A stretch of 64,000 nt of DNA from Octopus bimaculoides (Eukaryota), in assembly GCF_001194135.2 (NCBI RefSeq), contig NC_068981.1, positions 5,432,562 to 5,496,561 on the forward strand, in the 5' to 3' direction. Below, piece by piece: positions 47,901 through 62,900 of this stretch (its first letter is position 1; every line of letters begins with the position of its first letter). The position numbers and the translations under genes are program-made. Below the pieces are notes generated by a model. The model did not search any database. It was not told the origin of the DNA and was given only the letters and a program-made list of their open reading frames with translations.

Positions 47901-50900
47901 CAACTTAAGTTTCTGGTTTTGTCATGTTCAATTGATGGGGATCTTAAACTTCGCCAATGGGTTCCATGCGTTTGGGTTTGTCTTGATATCCAGTTTGTCT
48001 ATGCTAACACCACTGATATGGAATGTATTGATGAAGCATTGTTCTTGGGGCCTTGTCGTTGAGAAGCCTACTTGTTCAGCACACAGCCCCCACCTGCTCG
48101 CTTTTCTCTAAATATTCCTTTAGCTTTTATTGTTTTATATTTGTGGTTGGTTTTGTCTATTTGTAGGTTACAGCAGTGACTCAAGTTTACATCAAAGTTA
48201 CGAAGGTAACTCGGCTAATGCTGACTATCCTTGTGCAAGAATAACAAAACTTTCAGCCCAGCAGGTAACGCTTCTTCAATTAATTTACCATTTAAGTGAC
48301 ATAAATGACCACGAGTGTCTTATAAATTTCATTTTTTGCCATTCAGTATTTAAAATTTTCATATTTAGCTTCTTAGATAAAATATTCATGCATTGAATAT
48401 TTGTTTTGACTGTGTAAAGTTGATGCAAATAACAAAATTATATTTTGGAATATTTTCAGTTTAACATTTTTGTTATATCTTGTGTGGTGTGGTCATTATG
48501 CTAATAACACACACTGGTTAAATATTACTTCTTGTTAGTCAGTTGGCTAAATATCTAACCAATTAACTAATAGATTGCATGATTAATGTGTTGGTTAAAC
48601 AACCGGTTATTTGTTTGTCAAAGTCTTTTCATTGCTTTTCACAAACTTTTCCTTGGTTTGCTTTTCTCTCCTAAATGTCCGTTCCAAGTCTGTCCAAGAA
48701 TCTTGGAAGCCAAATAAGTTGGTTTTTGGAACATAAATTAGCATAGAATTTTGACAAACTGTAGATCACATTCATCAGGGAGTTTGTGTCATGGGTTGGT
48801 TGGTATTGAAAGGATTAACCAGTTTGGAGATTACTGGACAGTGGTGGTGGTGGTAGTAGTAGTAGTAGTAGACATGCAAGAATTGACTGTGGTTGATTTT
48901 CCAGACCTGTCATGGATTTCTATAGCAATCTTTGGAAATTATTGCAAACAAATTGTAAGAAACCCAGGACAAATTGATATGTTAGCACTGACCCCCACAC
49001 ACATGCAAACACCAATAATAGCCAATGGTATGCTGACATTTTGTAGCATTGTAATTCTTTGCCTTCTGTTGACCAAAATCCTGGGTTCTTCGGATGCTTT
49101 TCTTCCAAAGTTAATCACATAAAATATGATGGAATCATAACATGAAAAAGATTCCACTAATTCTAAATCTCTTTCCAAAGTCCGTATATATGGTGTGCAT
49201 CCACTCGCTACTGCTCATCGTCTGACTTCCACTGTCAGGAAATTTGGATACTGGCGTTGGTTGGCATTAGGAAGGGCATCCAAGTATAGAATCCTGGCCA
49301 AAACCCAGGCAATGGGAATCTGCTGCAACTGTCTGGCTTCCCAGCTCTAGTCAGACCTCCTTCAATCCATGCCTGCATGGAAGATGGATGTTGAATAATG
49401 TTTGTTACCATTCTTCAAAACTAAACAGAAGTGCTAAGGAATGGTTTGTTCAGGATGGCAGAGGATTTTAAGGACTGAGAGCTTTGTGTGTTAACACTTA
49501 CCAAACTCGAGTCACTCTGCTGCTACTAAATATTAAAAACACATGCAAATGCTTATCTGTGCGTGTATTTCTTTTGTCTTTCACCCAACTAGAGAAGTGC
49601 TTGTTTCAAAATATGTGTACTATATTCTGCTACGCACATCTCTAGTTGGGCGAAAGACAAAGGAAACGAAGAACATTGAAGTAAGTTGCTGTTAATGTAT
49701 TTTGGACACAGATATTTCCTGCTCTCGTTGATGGTAGAGACACACACATGACCATCATCATTTAATGTTTGTTTTCCATGCTAGCATCGGTTGGATGGTC
49801 TGGCAGGAGCTGCCACAAGGTTGCATAGGAAGGACATCCAACCATAGAAACCCAAAACAGACTAATGCCAACCACTTTTACAAAATTTACTGGGTGCTTT
49901 TTACGTGACACCAGCACCGACAGAATCAGCAAGTACTTTGCAAGACAACTACCCCTCAAATAGGGTGGGGGAGTATTGGAGTGTGGGTGTAGCTCTGTGC
50001 CAGTTGAGAGATTTATAGAAGGGACAGATAGATGCGTCTTGTTGTAGATACATAAAAATTTACAGTTGCTAACTTTCTTTTTATTTCTCTAATGCTTAGC
50101 CTAGCTCTTCTTCCATGATCATTAAATGTTTTATAAAATAATGTATTCTGAATTGATTCCGCAGGAAATAGTGCCTCCCAGTTTGTTACAGAGATTTCTT
50201 ACAATGGTTGACCCTGCCTTATCACAGACTGTGGACTCTGAAATCACACGTCATTGTGCCTACAGTTTCCCTGCTGTTGCTTACACTCTTGGCCGACATA
50301 ACTGGCACTGCCTTAAGTCCCTCTTTGAAACCTTGGCTGCTGATATGCAAGTGAGTATATATATTACGACCACTTTCACCCTTTTTCTCACCGTATTTTT
50401 ATTTAGTTATTGAAAAGGAAACTTTTTGTTACTTTTGAATATCTTCAATCTTTTTGCTCGTTTCAGTCATTAGACTGGCCATGCTGGGGCATCACCTTCA
50501 GGAATTTTTAGGTGATTGAATCACTGCCAGTAATTTTAATTTTTACACCTGGTGCCTCTTTAGCCAAACTACTAAATTACAAAGACGTAAACGCACCAAC
50601 ACCAGTTGTCAGGCAACGGAGGGGCAGGCATGCATGTGTCACAGGTTCCTTACAGTTTCCATAACACAGTCCTGCCTGTTCATGAAGACTTTATTAATAT
50701 ATCCATGAAATTATCAAGCAAGTGTTTGGAACAAATTGGCATGGAATTTTCATGATTTCTAAAATGAGTTTAGTATCAAAAAATTTCTAAATGAGGGGTT
50801 TCTACATCTTTTTCCCAGATTCTAAATATAATATTCAGCACAGGTTTCCCTTTTATGTGACATCAGCAGTGGTGCTTTTTACATTCATTAGTGATGCTGT

Positions 50901-53900
50901 TAATGTATTAAAAATTTTCTTATTTCCTAAGCATGCATTAAACATCTGAATTGTCTGCTGTGAAACAATTTGCAATGTTTTGTCATGGCCCTTCTTGTAT
51001 AGATTTCCTGTTGAAATTTTAGTAAATTTCTATATTTTACAATAAATTGTTCTGACATAACCAGTAAGATTAAGGTTGGTAGCAACAAGTATTTGTCTTT
51101 TAAAAAGAGGAATTTCTTTCATACCATTATTAGATGGGACTACATGTGATGGAAAGTGTTCCTGAAGGTCGTGCCATAATATAAAATTCATTTTACCATT
51201 GGTTTTCATGTTCGAAAGTAGATTTTTCCGAAAAATCAAAGAAAGAGAAAAAACTAGCAACACAACCACTTTTATGCATGAAAATAAAAATTTCTAACGA
51301 CAGGAATGGCTATGTGGTAAGAAGCTTGCTTCCCAACTACATGGTTCTGGGTTCAGTCCCACTGTGTGGTACCTTGGGCAAGTGTCTTCTACTATAGTCA
51401 CAAACCAACCAAGGCCTTGTGAATAGATTTGATAGATGGAAACTGAAAGAAGCCCATCATGTGTGTTTGTCTCTCACTGCCATTTAACAACCGGTATTGG
51501 TGAGTTTGTATCCCTGAACACCAACCGATTGGCAAAGGAAACCAATAGAATAAGATTTAGGCTTGAAGCAATTCATTCAAGTAAGCTTCTAGATGGTGCC
51601 CCAGCATGGCCACACTGAAACAAGTGAACAACGAAAGCTACCCAGTATCACCTGTGTACATAAAACATATTTGAAGAGAGATACTTTGGGGAATTAACTA
51701 GAACTGTAATATAATGGGGGACGTTGGGCTGCCTCACGAGGCAAAGTGGCACGTGAAAAGCACCTTTTGAGTGTTTGGCCTCACGGAGGCAACATCAAAT
51801 GGCTGACACCTTGGCATTATGTCCCGCTTGAGAAGACCCTCAAGCCAAGTAAAATCAGTCATGGCATATACTGGTGTCATGCAAATGGCACCAATGCTGT
51901 TGGCACATAAAAAGCACCTGGTTGGCGTTAGGAAGGGCATCCAGCCGTACAAAACCATGCTAAATCAGACTGGAGTCTAGTGCAGCCTTCCAGCCTTGCC
52001 AGCCCTGGTCAAACCGTCCAACCCATGCCAGCATGGACAACGGTCGTCAAATGATGATGTTCTTACCACAAAAGCTGTTGACTCCTGTGATGAGGAACAC
52101 TATTTTCTATCTTATACTTCATCATCAACATCTACTTAAGTGAAGAACTTCGCCAAAATCTCTTGCTGTTAATGGCAGATCATTGTCCTAATTTAGCCTC
52201 TGTTTTCCATCCTAGCATGGGTTGGATAGTTAGACTGGAACTGGTAAGCTGGAGAGCTGCACCAGACTCCAGTCTGTTTCGGCTTGGTTTCTATGGTGTG
52301 GATGTCTTTAATGTGTCATAAATTTGTAAAGATTTGGAAGGCTTTTCATGGATTTGCGTGTCCTCCTTTGGTGTAAGAACCATTCACATTGTAAACATCT
52401 TGTACTTTTTGCTATCTTCATAATTAGGGTTATCAGCAAAAACTCGTAGACCTACCCCTGTGTGTGGCAATCATTTACTAAACTGTGAAAGAACATGTTA
52501 TTATATGTGGTTTTGTAGTGAGACAAGTGGAGATGTTTGGGTAAGATTGTCAGTCAGCCTGAGACGTAGGTAAGATGAATTAGTGGTTAGCTGTGGAAAC
52601 AATTGCTTGATCTATTCCATTGACAAACATTAACCCTATTAATATTGCTGCCTTCATTTTAATTAACTTTGAAAGTATGGAAGAATTTAAAATAATTTTG
52701 GTGGAAGATTTTGAGAATTTAAAAACTAGAAATTTGTATCCTAATACGAAGAGGCAGTCTCATGTGAGTTCGAATCAAAAGAGTTAATGGAGAGATAACT
52801 TTTGTAGTTATATATATTGGAAGTCTGTCTGGACTTAGGGAAATCACTGGTAAATGAATGTTAGAAGCAGATGTCGTAGCTGATGCCAGTGGCATGTAAA
52901 AAAAATTCTTGGAGTGGTTGGTGTTAGGAAAGGCATCCTGTTGTAGAAATTTTGCCAAATCAAACTGGAACCTGGTGCAGCCCCCTGACTTACCAGTTTT
53001 CAACCAAACCGTCCAACCCATGCCAGCATGGAGAGCAGACATTAAATGATGATGATATGTGATTTAGCATTTGATGCTTGTTTCTTTAACAATATTTAAT
53101 TTGGTTTTCAGTGGAAGGTTCGACGAACTCTGGCATTCTCCATCCATAAACTTGCTGTGATTTTAGGAGAAGATATTACCCATAAAGACCTGGTTCCTGT
53201 CTTTGATGGTTTCCTTAAGGATCTAGATGAAGTTCGGATTGGAGTTTTAAAGCATCTGATGGAATTTCTTAAGGTGAGCCCTAGTATAAACTACTATGCT
53301 TGGTTGACAAACCTTTAAACTTCAATTTTAACTATTTTCATACCTTTTATTTCTGTTGAAATAAATTGCCTGTCTTTCAGATAGCTATGAGAAATAGCTG
53401 TGGCTGTGCAGTTAAGATTGCTTCCCAACCATGTGGTTTTGGGTTCAGTCCTACTGCACGGCACAATGGGCCAACCAAGCCCTATGAGTGGATTTGGTCA
53501 ATGGAAAGTAAAAGAATCCCTTTGTGTGTGTGTCTGTATTTTTATCTAGGCATAGGTCTACAAACCTCTGTTCTTGACACTTGTGATGTTGACTGTCCCA
53601 TGGCCCCCTCTAAAGCCACTCTGTCTTCTGTGTTCTGAATGTGGTGGTTCAGGAGGATTCTTGCAAGAGAAATTCCTGGATGGTTGTCAAAAGAATTACC
53701 CGTTTCCTTTTCTTGTCAGACACCGTATGCCTCTTCCTCTTGCATGTAATGTTATTGGTTATTGTCAACGACGACAAACGGAACAAATAATTTTAGACAT
53801 CCTGCGATGGTTGTAAAGAAACCTCACCGTCATCCAAGTGATGTTCTTTGTTTCCTGCCCTTCAGGAAAAGCAGATCTGGCTGCGAGGNNNNNNNNNNAT

Positions 53901-56900
53901 CGTCCAACCCATGCTAGCATGGAAAGCGGACGTTAAACGATGATGATGATGATGATGATGATAATGGGTGATGGTTGGCAACAAGAAGGGCATCATTTAG
54001 TTGAGGAAATTCTACCTCAACAAAATTCTCTGTCACCAATACAGACTTCAAAAGTGGATGCTATAAACAATTGGAATGACTGAAGAATTTTGCTCTTAAT
54101 CAGGATTTTGGAATTTTAATGGAAAGTTTCCATTCCTTCCCTTCCTAAATATTAAAAAACTTTTTTTTTTATTTTGTCTCTATTAATCTTGAATTTTTTT
54201 TCTATTTTTCAGTTATTAAAGCCATCTGTGAGAAATGCATATTTACCAAAATTTGATAATTTTCTTACAACTGATAATCATAGAAATTGGCGTTTCCGTT
54301 TAGAATTAGCAGAGTATGTATTTGAATTTGGAATATTTTCTTGTTTTGAATTAGTCATACATTAGCTTTGAGATTTTGATGATGTGATTGTTTTTAGAAT
54401 GACATTGTTGGGTAAATGTGAGGGACCAAATGTGGCCTAATTGAAGTTAAAACAGATTATATTGGCCTGTTTAAATGCCAAAGGATTCACCATCGAAGTG
54501 GATCAAATATGGAGATGAATGGTGATATAAGTAGAATAAGAACTGCATCCATAACAAGTTTGTGTTAATGGTGGGGAAGGAGGGACAATTTGGTGACTTG
54601 GTCACAAGTGTCCACTTTCTTTGTGTGTGTGCACGTGCAAGTGTGGTTGCATGTCAAATAATCTTGCTCTGCAATCATGCTTAGGCAAAATGGGCGACCA
54701 ACACCTTTGAAATGGTTGTTGTCGACAAGCAGAAAGTTGCAAGTCATGTGTGTGTATACACACACACACACACACAGGAGTTATTTATTGATATAAAATC
54801 ATCATGTGCTTTGTGATGCTGGGTGGTTTGACAGGTTCTGACAAGCGACAGGGCTGCATTAGTTGCACGCCGATATCTGGGTTTGGTATGGTTTCTATTG
54901 CTGGAGACATTTCCTAATGCCAACTCACAGTGTACTGAGGGCTTTGTCTATGATGCCAACACCAGTGAAGTTTCCAAATAACTTGCAAAACAAAAAGAAG
55001 AAAGGAAAAGGGAACTGCAGCAATTGAATGGGTATAAATTTGAGGAAGAATGAAGGTGGCTTAATGCTGCCTTCGAAACAGTTCTCCAACATGATTGCAG
55101 TTCTAATGACTTGAAAAACTCAGATCTGTATGTGCTTGTTTTAATAGTGGAACTAGTTGTATACACACACACACACACACACACACACTGAACTTTTAGT
55201 TCCTGTCAAAGAAATCCATTCAAAAGCCTTTAGTTGGTTAGTGGCCATATAGTAGAAGACACTTGTCCAAGGTGCAGTGGGAGTTAACCTGGAATCCTGT
55301 GGTTCGGAAATGAACTTGTGAACCACACAACTATATTTATGCTCATGTGTTGAATCTGTTGCGCTCTGATCATCTAATACGGACCATTTTATTTGTTTCC
55401 ATTTCAGACAATGTGAACTTTTGTCTAGTCTATTTCAAGCTGAAGAAAATAGTACATTTTTACTACCAATTGCTCTTACTTTATTAAGTGACAAAGTTGC
55501 TGAGGTCCGGTTAGCTGCTTGTGCTCTGGTGAGTTCCCACTTGTTCTATTTTCCTTCTATTGGAAATAATCTTACATAATGAAGAAAACATATCTACAAA
55601 AAAAAAAAAAAAAATCAGTGAATGTATTTCACTTGAAATATATGTTTTCAAAGGTAGATAGGCATCGACGGCTAGCAAACCAAGCTACTCTGGACTGATG
55701 ATGAGCAATGACTCTGAAACTAGTCTCTGGGTGGAGGTGCTTTGTTTCCACTTTGAAAACATAGGGACACAGGAAATGTGTCAAGTCCAACAGGAAACGG
55801 TGTTTCCTAGGACTAAATAACAGTAGCATTCTTCCCTTTCATGGGACTGCCACATTAAGCTGACAGCATGCTATCACTTTATTGTGCTGCTACTGCATAA
55901 ATCACTGAGATTTAGAAATATATTATTTCTATATCTAGACATAGTTTTAATTTGTGACTACTGTAGAATTGGTGTGTGTCCCCTACCCCTTCTGAGTAGT
56001 TTTATGCCAGTGGTTTCCTTGTACAGCTTTGAGGAAAATTGAATAAAAATCACTTAGTTATTCTCTTGTAAGGTTCCTTGGCTGAATTAGGTGAGGTTTG
56101 GGTGTGGGATAGTTTTGACTGAGAAGATTGACCAGTACACCAGAAATACCACCCTTAGAAGGGTTGGTTGTGTGTGTGTTATGGATGCACAGTGTCTAAA
56201 GCAGTGGTTCTCAACCATTTTTTTTCGTACCTTTGATTCCCATTTTATTCTGGGGGAACCTCATAGCCATTTCCATCTTCAAAAAGGAGTTTTATAGATA
56301 TTTTTCAAAATACCTATTTTCACTTATGTCAGCTTAAAGTGAAAGAAACCAAGCTGCTTCCTGCAATAAATACATCATCGTCGTTTAACATCCATCTTGC
56401 ATGGGTGACAGGCAGCCAGGTAGAAAAAATACCCAAGGCTACTGTGTCTGTTTTGGCAGGGATTTTACGACTGGATGCTCTTCCTACAGTGATATTTATG
56501 TGTGTATATCCGATGGGCTTTTCCATTGAATCTGCTAGAAAACGAATGAATAGAGAAGTTATTGTTTGGATTCTTGCTTTTGTCTGTGCCCGCTCATCAA
56601 TTATTAGCTTTGTGTTCTGTCTTGTCATTGCGTCAGGCATTAGGCTGTGGCCATGCTGGGGCACTCTTGAACTTTTCGTTGAAGGAATTGACCCCAGTAC
56701 TTTTTGTTTTTAAGCCTGGAACATATATCGGTTCCTTTTGCTGAACTGCTAAGTTATGCCATAAACACACCAACACAGGTTGTCAAGAGTGATGGTGGAC
56801 ACATATATGATGGGCTTCTTTCAGTTTCTGTCTACCGAATCCACTTACAAGGCTTTGGTTGGCCCGAGGCTATAGTAGAAGACACTTGCCCAAGGTGCCA

Positions 56901-59900
56901 CGCAGTGAGACTGAACCCGGAACCATGTGGTTGGGGAGCATATTCCTTACCACACATCCATGCAAAAATATATTTCTATATATTTTTACGTTTTGATTTC
57001 ATTTTCAATACTGCTTTTGAGAATACAACTTTGTACAACATAAGAGATAAATGACAAATGTTTCTGTTACTATGGCAATATTGAAAATACGAAAGGAATT
57101 TAGGCAGTTTTTTTTTTATGTCTTGCAAGTACTTGGTGACCCTGTCAGTGCAGGTGCCACTTAGAAAAAGCACCCAGTCCACACTGTAAAGTGGTTGGCA
57201 TTTGGAAGGGCATCCAGCTGTAAAAACTGACCTCTCCTGTGTTTGTGCCATGTAAAAAGCTTTAAGTCCACTCTGTTGAGTTGTTGGTGTTAGGAAGAGC
57301 ATCCAGCTGTAAAAATCCTGCCAAAACAGACACAGTAGCCTAGAGTAGTTTTTCTACCTGGCCATCCCCATTATGCCAGCATGGGAGGTAGACATTAAAC
57401 GATGATGGTGATGAATCCTTGATTTATTACCACAAAAGTTATTCATGGTATGATGTTGCCCTAAATACATTTCTTATTTTCCTCCCTTTAAAACTTCCCT
57501 CTATGTTATCAATGCGCACTCCCTTTCTGCTGCCCATACTACAAAGTAGTGTCCCTGGCAACTAACCCCACAACATTGGCCTCTACAAGAGGCAACCATG
57601 CATCTGTGTAGTATTCTTAGCAGAGGTCTGGATATACAAAGAAACTGCACTGCTCAGTGCATGTATATCTTTCACTTGCACATAGCCATGCGCACACGTG
57701 CACGAGGAATATCTTCCAGTCTTGTATTGTTCTGTTTTTTTTACAGGCCAGCACCTTACTGAAACAGTTGTACAACACCAAGGAGCAATATTACCAAAGA
57801 ATGGTCAATGACTTAGTGGAATGTTTTGCAACATATCCGAATTGGGTGAAACGTCAAGTGTAAGTAACAGAGCCTTATCAATTTGCATTGTTTTACAGAA
57901 TTCCAATATTATTAAAAAGCGACCAACTGGTGGAATCATTGGCATGCTGGACAAAATGCTTAGTGGCATCTTATCTGTGCATTCTGTTGCTCTCCTGTTT
58001 TGAGTTCAAATTCTGTTGAGGTCAGCTTTGCCATTCATCGTTTTGGGGTCAATAAAAGGAAATATACCAGTTGAACACTGGGGCTTATAAAATCAAATTA
58101 AACCCTTTCCTTGAAATTACTGGCCTAGTTCCAAAATTTGAAACCATTATTGTCGTTATTGTTATGTAACAAGATATGGCTGTGTATTTGAGAAGTTTGT
58201 TTCCCATTCACGGCTGTGCAACCCCTTGAGCAAGTGTTTCCTACTGTCACTCCACACTAGTGAAAACCTTGTAAGCTTGGTGGAATGGAAACTGATAGGA
58301 ATCCGTTGTGTGTGCAAATGAGTGCAGGTTTGTAGTTGTAGCATTGTCTTGACACGATTTGATGCTTGTAAACAAGTTTCAGTCAGACAAGTGATGTTTG
58401 TTTCTTGTGTTCCGTGACAGATATATGTCTGGCCATGGGGAAATATTACCTTGCTTAGAAACAGGTGAGGGCTGGCGGCAAGGAAGGGTATCCAGGGGCA
58501 GAAAATTTTCCTCAGACTCCACCTGATCTATTCTGATATGGAAAATGGACGTCAGATTTAGGATTAGTTTTCAGGTGTAGGTGCGGCTGTGTGGTAAGAA
58601 GTTTGCTTTCTTCTGACGGCGAGCTGGCAGAGTGGTTAGCACGCCGGGCGAAATACGTAGCAGTATTTTGTCTGCAGTTATGTTCTGAGTTCAAATTTCG
58701 CCGAGGTCGACTTTGCCTTTCATCCTTTCAGAGTTGATTAAGTACCAGTTACACACTGGGGTCAATGTAATCGACTTAATCCCTTTGTCTGTCCTTGTTT
58801 GTCCCCTCTATGTTTAGCCCCTTGTCGGCAATAAAGAAATAAGAAGTTTGCTTTCCAACCATGTGATTTTGGGTTCAGTCCCACTGCGTGGCACCTTCAG
58901 TAAGTCTTCTACTATGACCAAAGCGTTGAGTGGATTTGTAGAGGGAGACTGAAAGAAGCCTGGTGTATGTATGTGCGTGTGTGTCCGAGTCTGTGGCAAA
59001 CACACCTGTTTGACAACTGCTGCTAGTGTGTTTGTGTCCCCTAACATACCGATAAGCAAAAGAGAGCATGGTTGATTTGTTTGACTAAAATTCATCATAA
59101 TATTGTCCCAACATGGCTGCAGTAAGTGAAAGAGAAAAGACAAAATTCCAAGATCCTAGTAAATGAAGGAATGGTACAGAATAGTTGAATTCCATCCAGC
59201 TAATCTACCAAAATGTTTGGTATATTGTTAGTATGAATGCCTTCATTTTAATGACTGGATTTTCAGGTTTTTCTCTGAAATGTGAAGTAAGTTATTAAAA
59301 AAGCCAAATTCCTGTTTTAATTTTTAGATATGCTCACCTTTGCTGGTCAATTTTAGAAGATAATAGCATTCCTCCAGAGCGTTTTGCTGTAGATTTTCTT
59401 CCAAGTCTTCTCGACTTAGCAACAGATATCATACCTAATGTCAGAATCACTTCAAGTAAAACTCTGTCTCAATGTGTTCTTTCTGTAGGTAAGTTGTTTA
59501 ACGATTCATCTTCATTAATTAATGCTGTTGTTGCATTTTTATGCCGTCCCATAATGTGGTAACACTTTTGTTCCTGTATTTCTGTTGCCTTTCATTCGAT
59601 TAATTTTGAAAATAATGAATTTAGCCCTTCTGTTTCCAACCTGTTGCCTTTCATTCGATTAATTTTGAAAATAATGAATTTAGCCCTTCTGTTTCCAACN
59701 NNNNNNNNNNNNNNNNNNNNNNNNNNNNNNNNNNNNNNNNNNNNNNNNNNNNNNNNNNNNNNNNNNNNNNNNNNNNNNNNNNNNNNNNNNNNNNNNNNNN
59801 NNNNNNNNNNNNNNNNNNNNNNNNNNNNNNNNNNNNNNNNNNNNNNNNNNNNNNNNNNNNNNNNNNNNNNNNNNNNNNNNNNNNNNNNNNNNNNNNNNNN

Positions 59901-62900
59901 NNNNNNNNNNNNNNNNNNNNNNNNNNNNNNNNNNNNNNNNNNNNNNNNNNNNNNNNNNNNNNNNNNNNNNNNNNNNNNNNNNNNNNNNNNNNNNNNNNNN
60001 NNNNNNNNNNNNNNNNNNNNNNNNNNNNNNNNNNNNNNNNNNNNNNNNNNNNNNNNNNNNNNNNNNNNNNNNNNNNNNNNNTTACCTGTAATTAGTCATT
60101 TTGAGACAAAAATTATGCAATAAAATTAAGAACCTTTTCTTTGTGTTCCAAAAAATCACATTAATATGTTGAAAAGTTTTTTAATGAAACCAGTCTAAAT
60201 TTGTGATTATTTTAGAATGTAATTGAAACTCATAAGGTGTGTGTTCTACTTAGAAATTTAGTAACAAAAGGGTTGAGTAAAATATCTTTGCCCTCATTAA
60301 ACTTTTGTTTAGAATATAATTTCACATGAAAGTTTGTAGGTCAATTAAAGAACTTAGGCTAGAAGCACTGCGCAGTGACTTGCACAAATATAAACTTGCA
60401 TTATTTACATTTGATGGATATTTGTCCTCATCTTGTTTGTTGTTAATGTTTCGGTTGATACATCCTCCAGCCTTCATCAGGTGTCCTGGGGAAATTTCGA
60501 ACCTGGGTTCTCATTCCCGAGGTATTTTTTGATGTTATTATTTTTATTATTCAGCGGAGTGGTTGGCGTTAGGAAGGGCATCCAGCTGTAGAAACTCTGC
60601 CAGATCAGATTGGAGCCTGGTGCAGCCTTCTGGTTTGCCAGTCCTCAGTCAAATCGTCCAACCCATGCCAGCATGGAAAGTGGACGTTAAACGATGATGA
60701 TGATGATGATGTCACTGCCTAAAATCAAACTTGGACTCTTGGGGTTAGTAGTCCACACTCTTAGCCAGTACACCATATGCCTGTGGGCAATTGTGGAGTG
60801 AATTTTAGGACTTATAAATCTAATATTTTCCTATCCTTCCTTAATACTGGTTCCCATTTGCTACTCATATCTGCACTCAGTCTGCTTAGGAGATTGTTGT
60901 GTCCTAGTATTGTCCTACCATATGTGTTGCTTCTTTTAGACACCTGATGAAGGCTGGGGGGGGGGTGTATCAGCCGAAACATTGTGTTAACAGCAAACAA
61001 GATGAGAACAAATATCTGTCAATTGTAAATAATTCCTCATCTCTTAAATATAGAATTGAAATATTAACTTATCAACTCATATACACTCAACACATATCTG
61101 AATCTGTAAGAAAAGCATTGTCTGCGTTTTGTGAGGGAGGCAAATTCTTGCAGCCCACAAGTAGTTTCAAATATGTATTGTAGAAATAAGGGCATTTTCA
61201 GGTTGGGAAATGAAGTATTTGGTGCTGGAATCTTGGTGGACTCTTTATAATATATATTTCCAGAACTCTACAGCTCAACCAGATTAAAATTTTTGAAATG
61301 CATGAAGAAACTCTTATCCTTTTCTTGGATGCAGCTGAAAATAAATAGGTTGGACAGTTTGACCAGGACTGGCAAGGCTGGAAGGTTGCACCAGTGTGAT
61401 TTAGCATGGTTTCTTTGGCTGGATGCCATAGAACACAACGCCAGTCGCTCCAAGAGTGAAATGGGTGCTTTTATGTGCCACCAGCACAGTGTCTATATAC
61501 AAACTAACAACCTGAGTTGTGTCTGCGTATATCTGAGACTCCGTGTGAAAGAAAGAAATAAGTCAACAACAGTGCAAATGTAGGCTCTCTGTTGCTGAGG
61601 TTTTGTGAAGTTCTTTGTTTTGTCCATTATTTCACTCCTCTCACCTGAGTTATCTTTCCCTACCTTTAAACACAGGAAAAGATTTTTCAACAGCTGAGAA
61701 ACCGCCCATTCTCCTGTGGTTTTTAAGAGTGCTGCCAATACAAACTCTGCTGGCTCACTTAATTTCTGGTTTTATTCTCGGATCCTCTCCAATTAAGTGT
61801 TGAGCCACCACCATATGATTTTAATTAGCCCCTACTGCTTGTGTTTCTTGGGAGTAGACATTTGTTATTATATCTCTAATCAGGCATTTTCTTGTTCATA
61901 CTGATACGACCAGACATTCACTGTTCTTATCATCCATGCTGGCATGGTTGGATAGTCTGACAAAGATGCATTGAGCTTCAAATGTCTGCTCTGGCATTGA
62001 CTCTTCAGCTGTCTTAGATTGCCAAGCATCACATTTTGTGATCTGGTGGGGCCCACATTGTGTAAGACCTTCTCTGATTTGGGAAATTTTGTTATACTTA
62101 CCAAATCTCCATTCACACAACCAGGCAGTGCCTGATGGGCACATACTAAATGCTTGCAGTCAAGTGAAATGCTCACACCCATTGTTAGACCAAATCACCA
62201 GACAGTAACCACCCAATTGGTGGTTTAAGTGAAGAGCACTATGGTCTTCAATTTATTTGTGGAACACACCATGGTGATGGCAGCAACCCCCACATGTAGC
62301 ACAACACACTTCTGGCCACTGCCCAAAGAAAACCACAGCAATATTTTATTGGATTAATTTCTTTTCTTTTTAACATGAAAGTGTCTTCAACAATGAAAAA
62401 AAAGCAGTGACTTGCAGGGCCAAGAAAAAGCGAAGCCCCGCAACTGAATAGGGTCGTTGTGGGTGAGGTGACTTTATGCCAAGTATTGAGGGACTCAAAA
62501 TACGATGGGAAGATAGTGTCTTGCTGTAGAGGTAACACATGGCTATCTTGCATTATATAGGGGTGGGTACAAAGAAGCTAAAATCACGGTGACAAGGTAT
62601 TGGCACATACTTTCCAAGATATCAGAAAGGATATGAACTGAATGTTGAGTGGGGTTGGCTTCTCTATAAATCCCCTTTGCATCTTAACTCAACTGTATCC
62701 AGTCAATTGTTTCTTTCTAGATTCTATAAATCTATTTACATTCTATACTTAATCTCTGCAATATTGCATCTCTTGTTGTAAAGGGGACTAGGGGCTTATT
62801 GTCTTCCTTCACTGTTGGATAAACCTTGCGTGTTTCACTGAAGGTCTCTTGTAAGTAAATAATCTCTCCAAGAAGCTGTTTAATGTTGATCGTTTCTATG

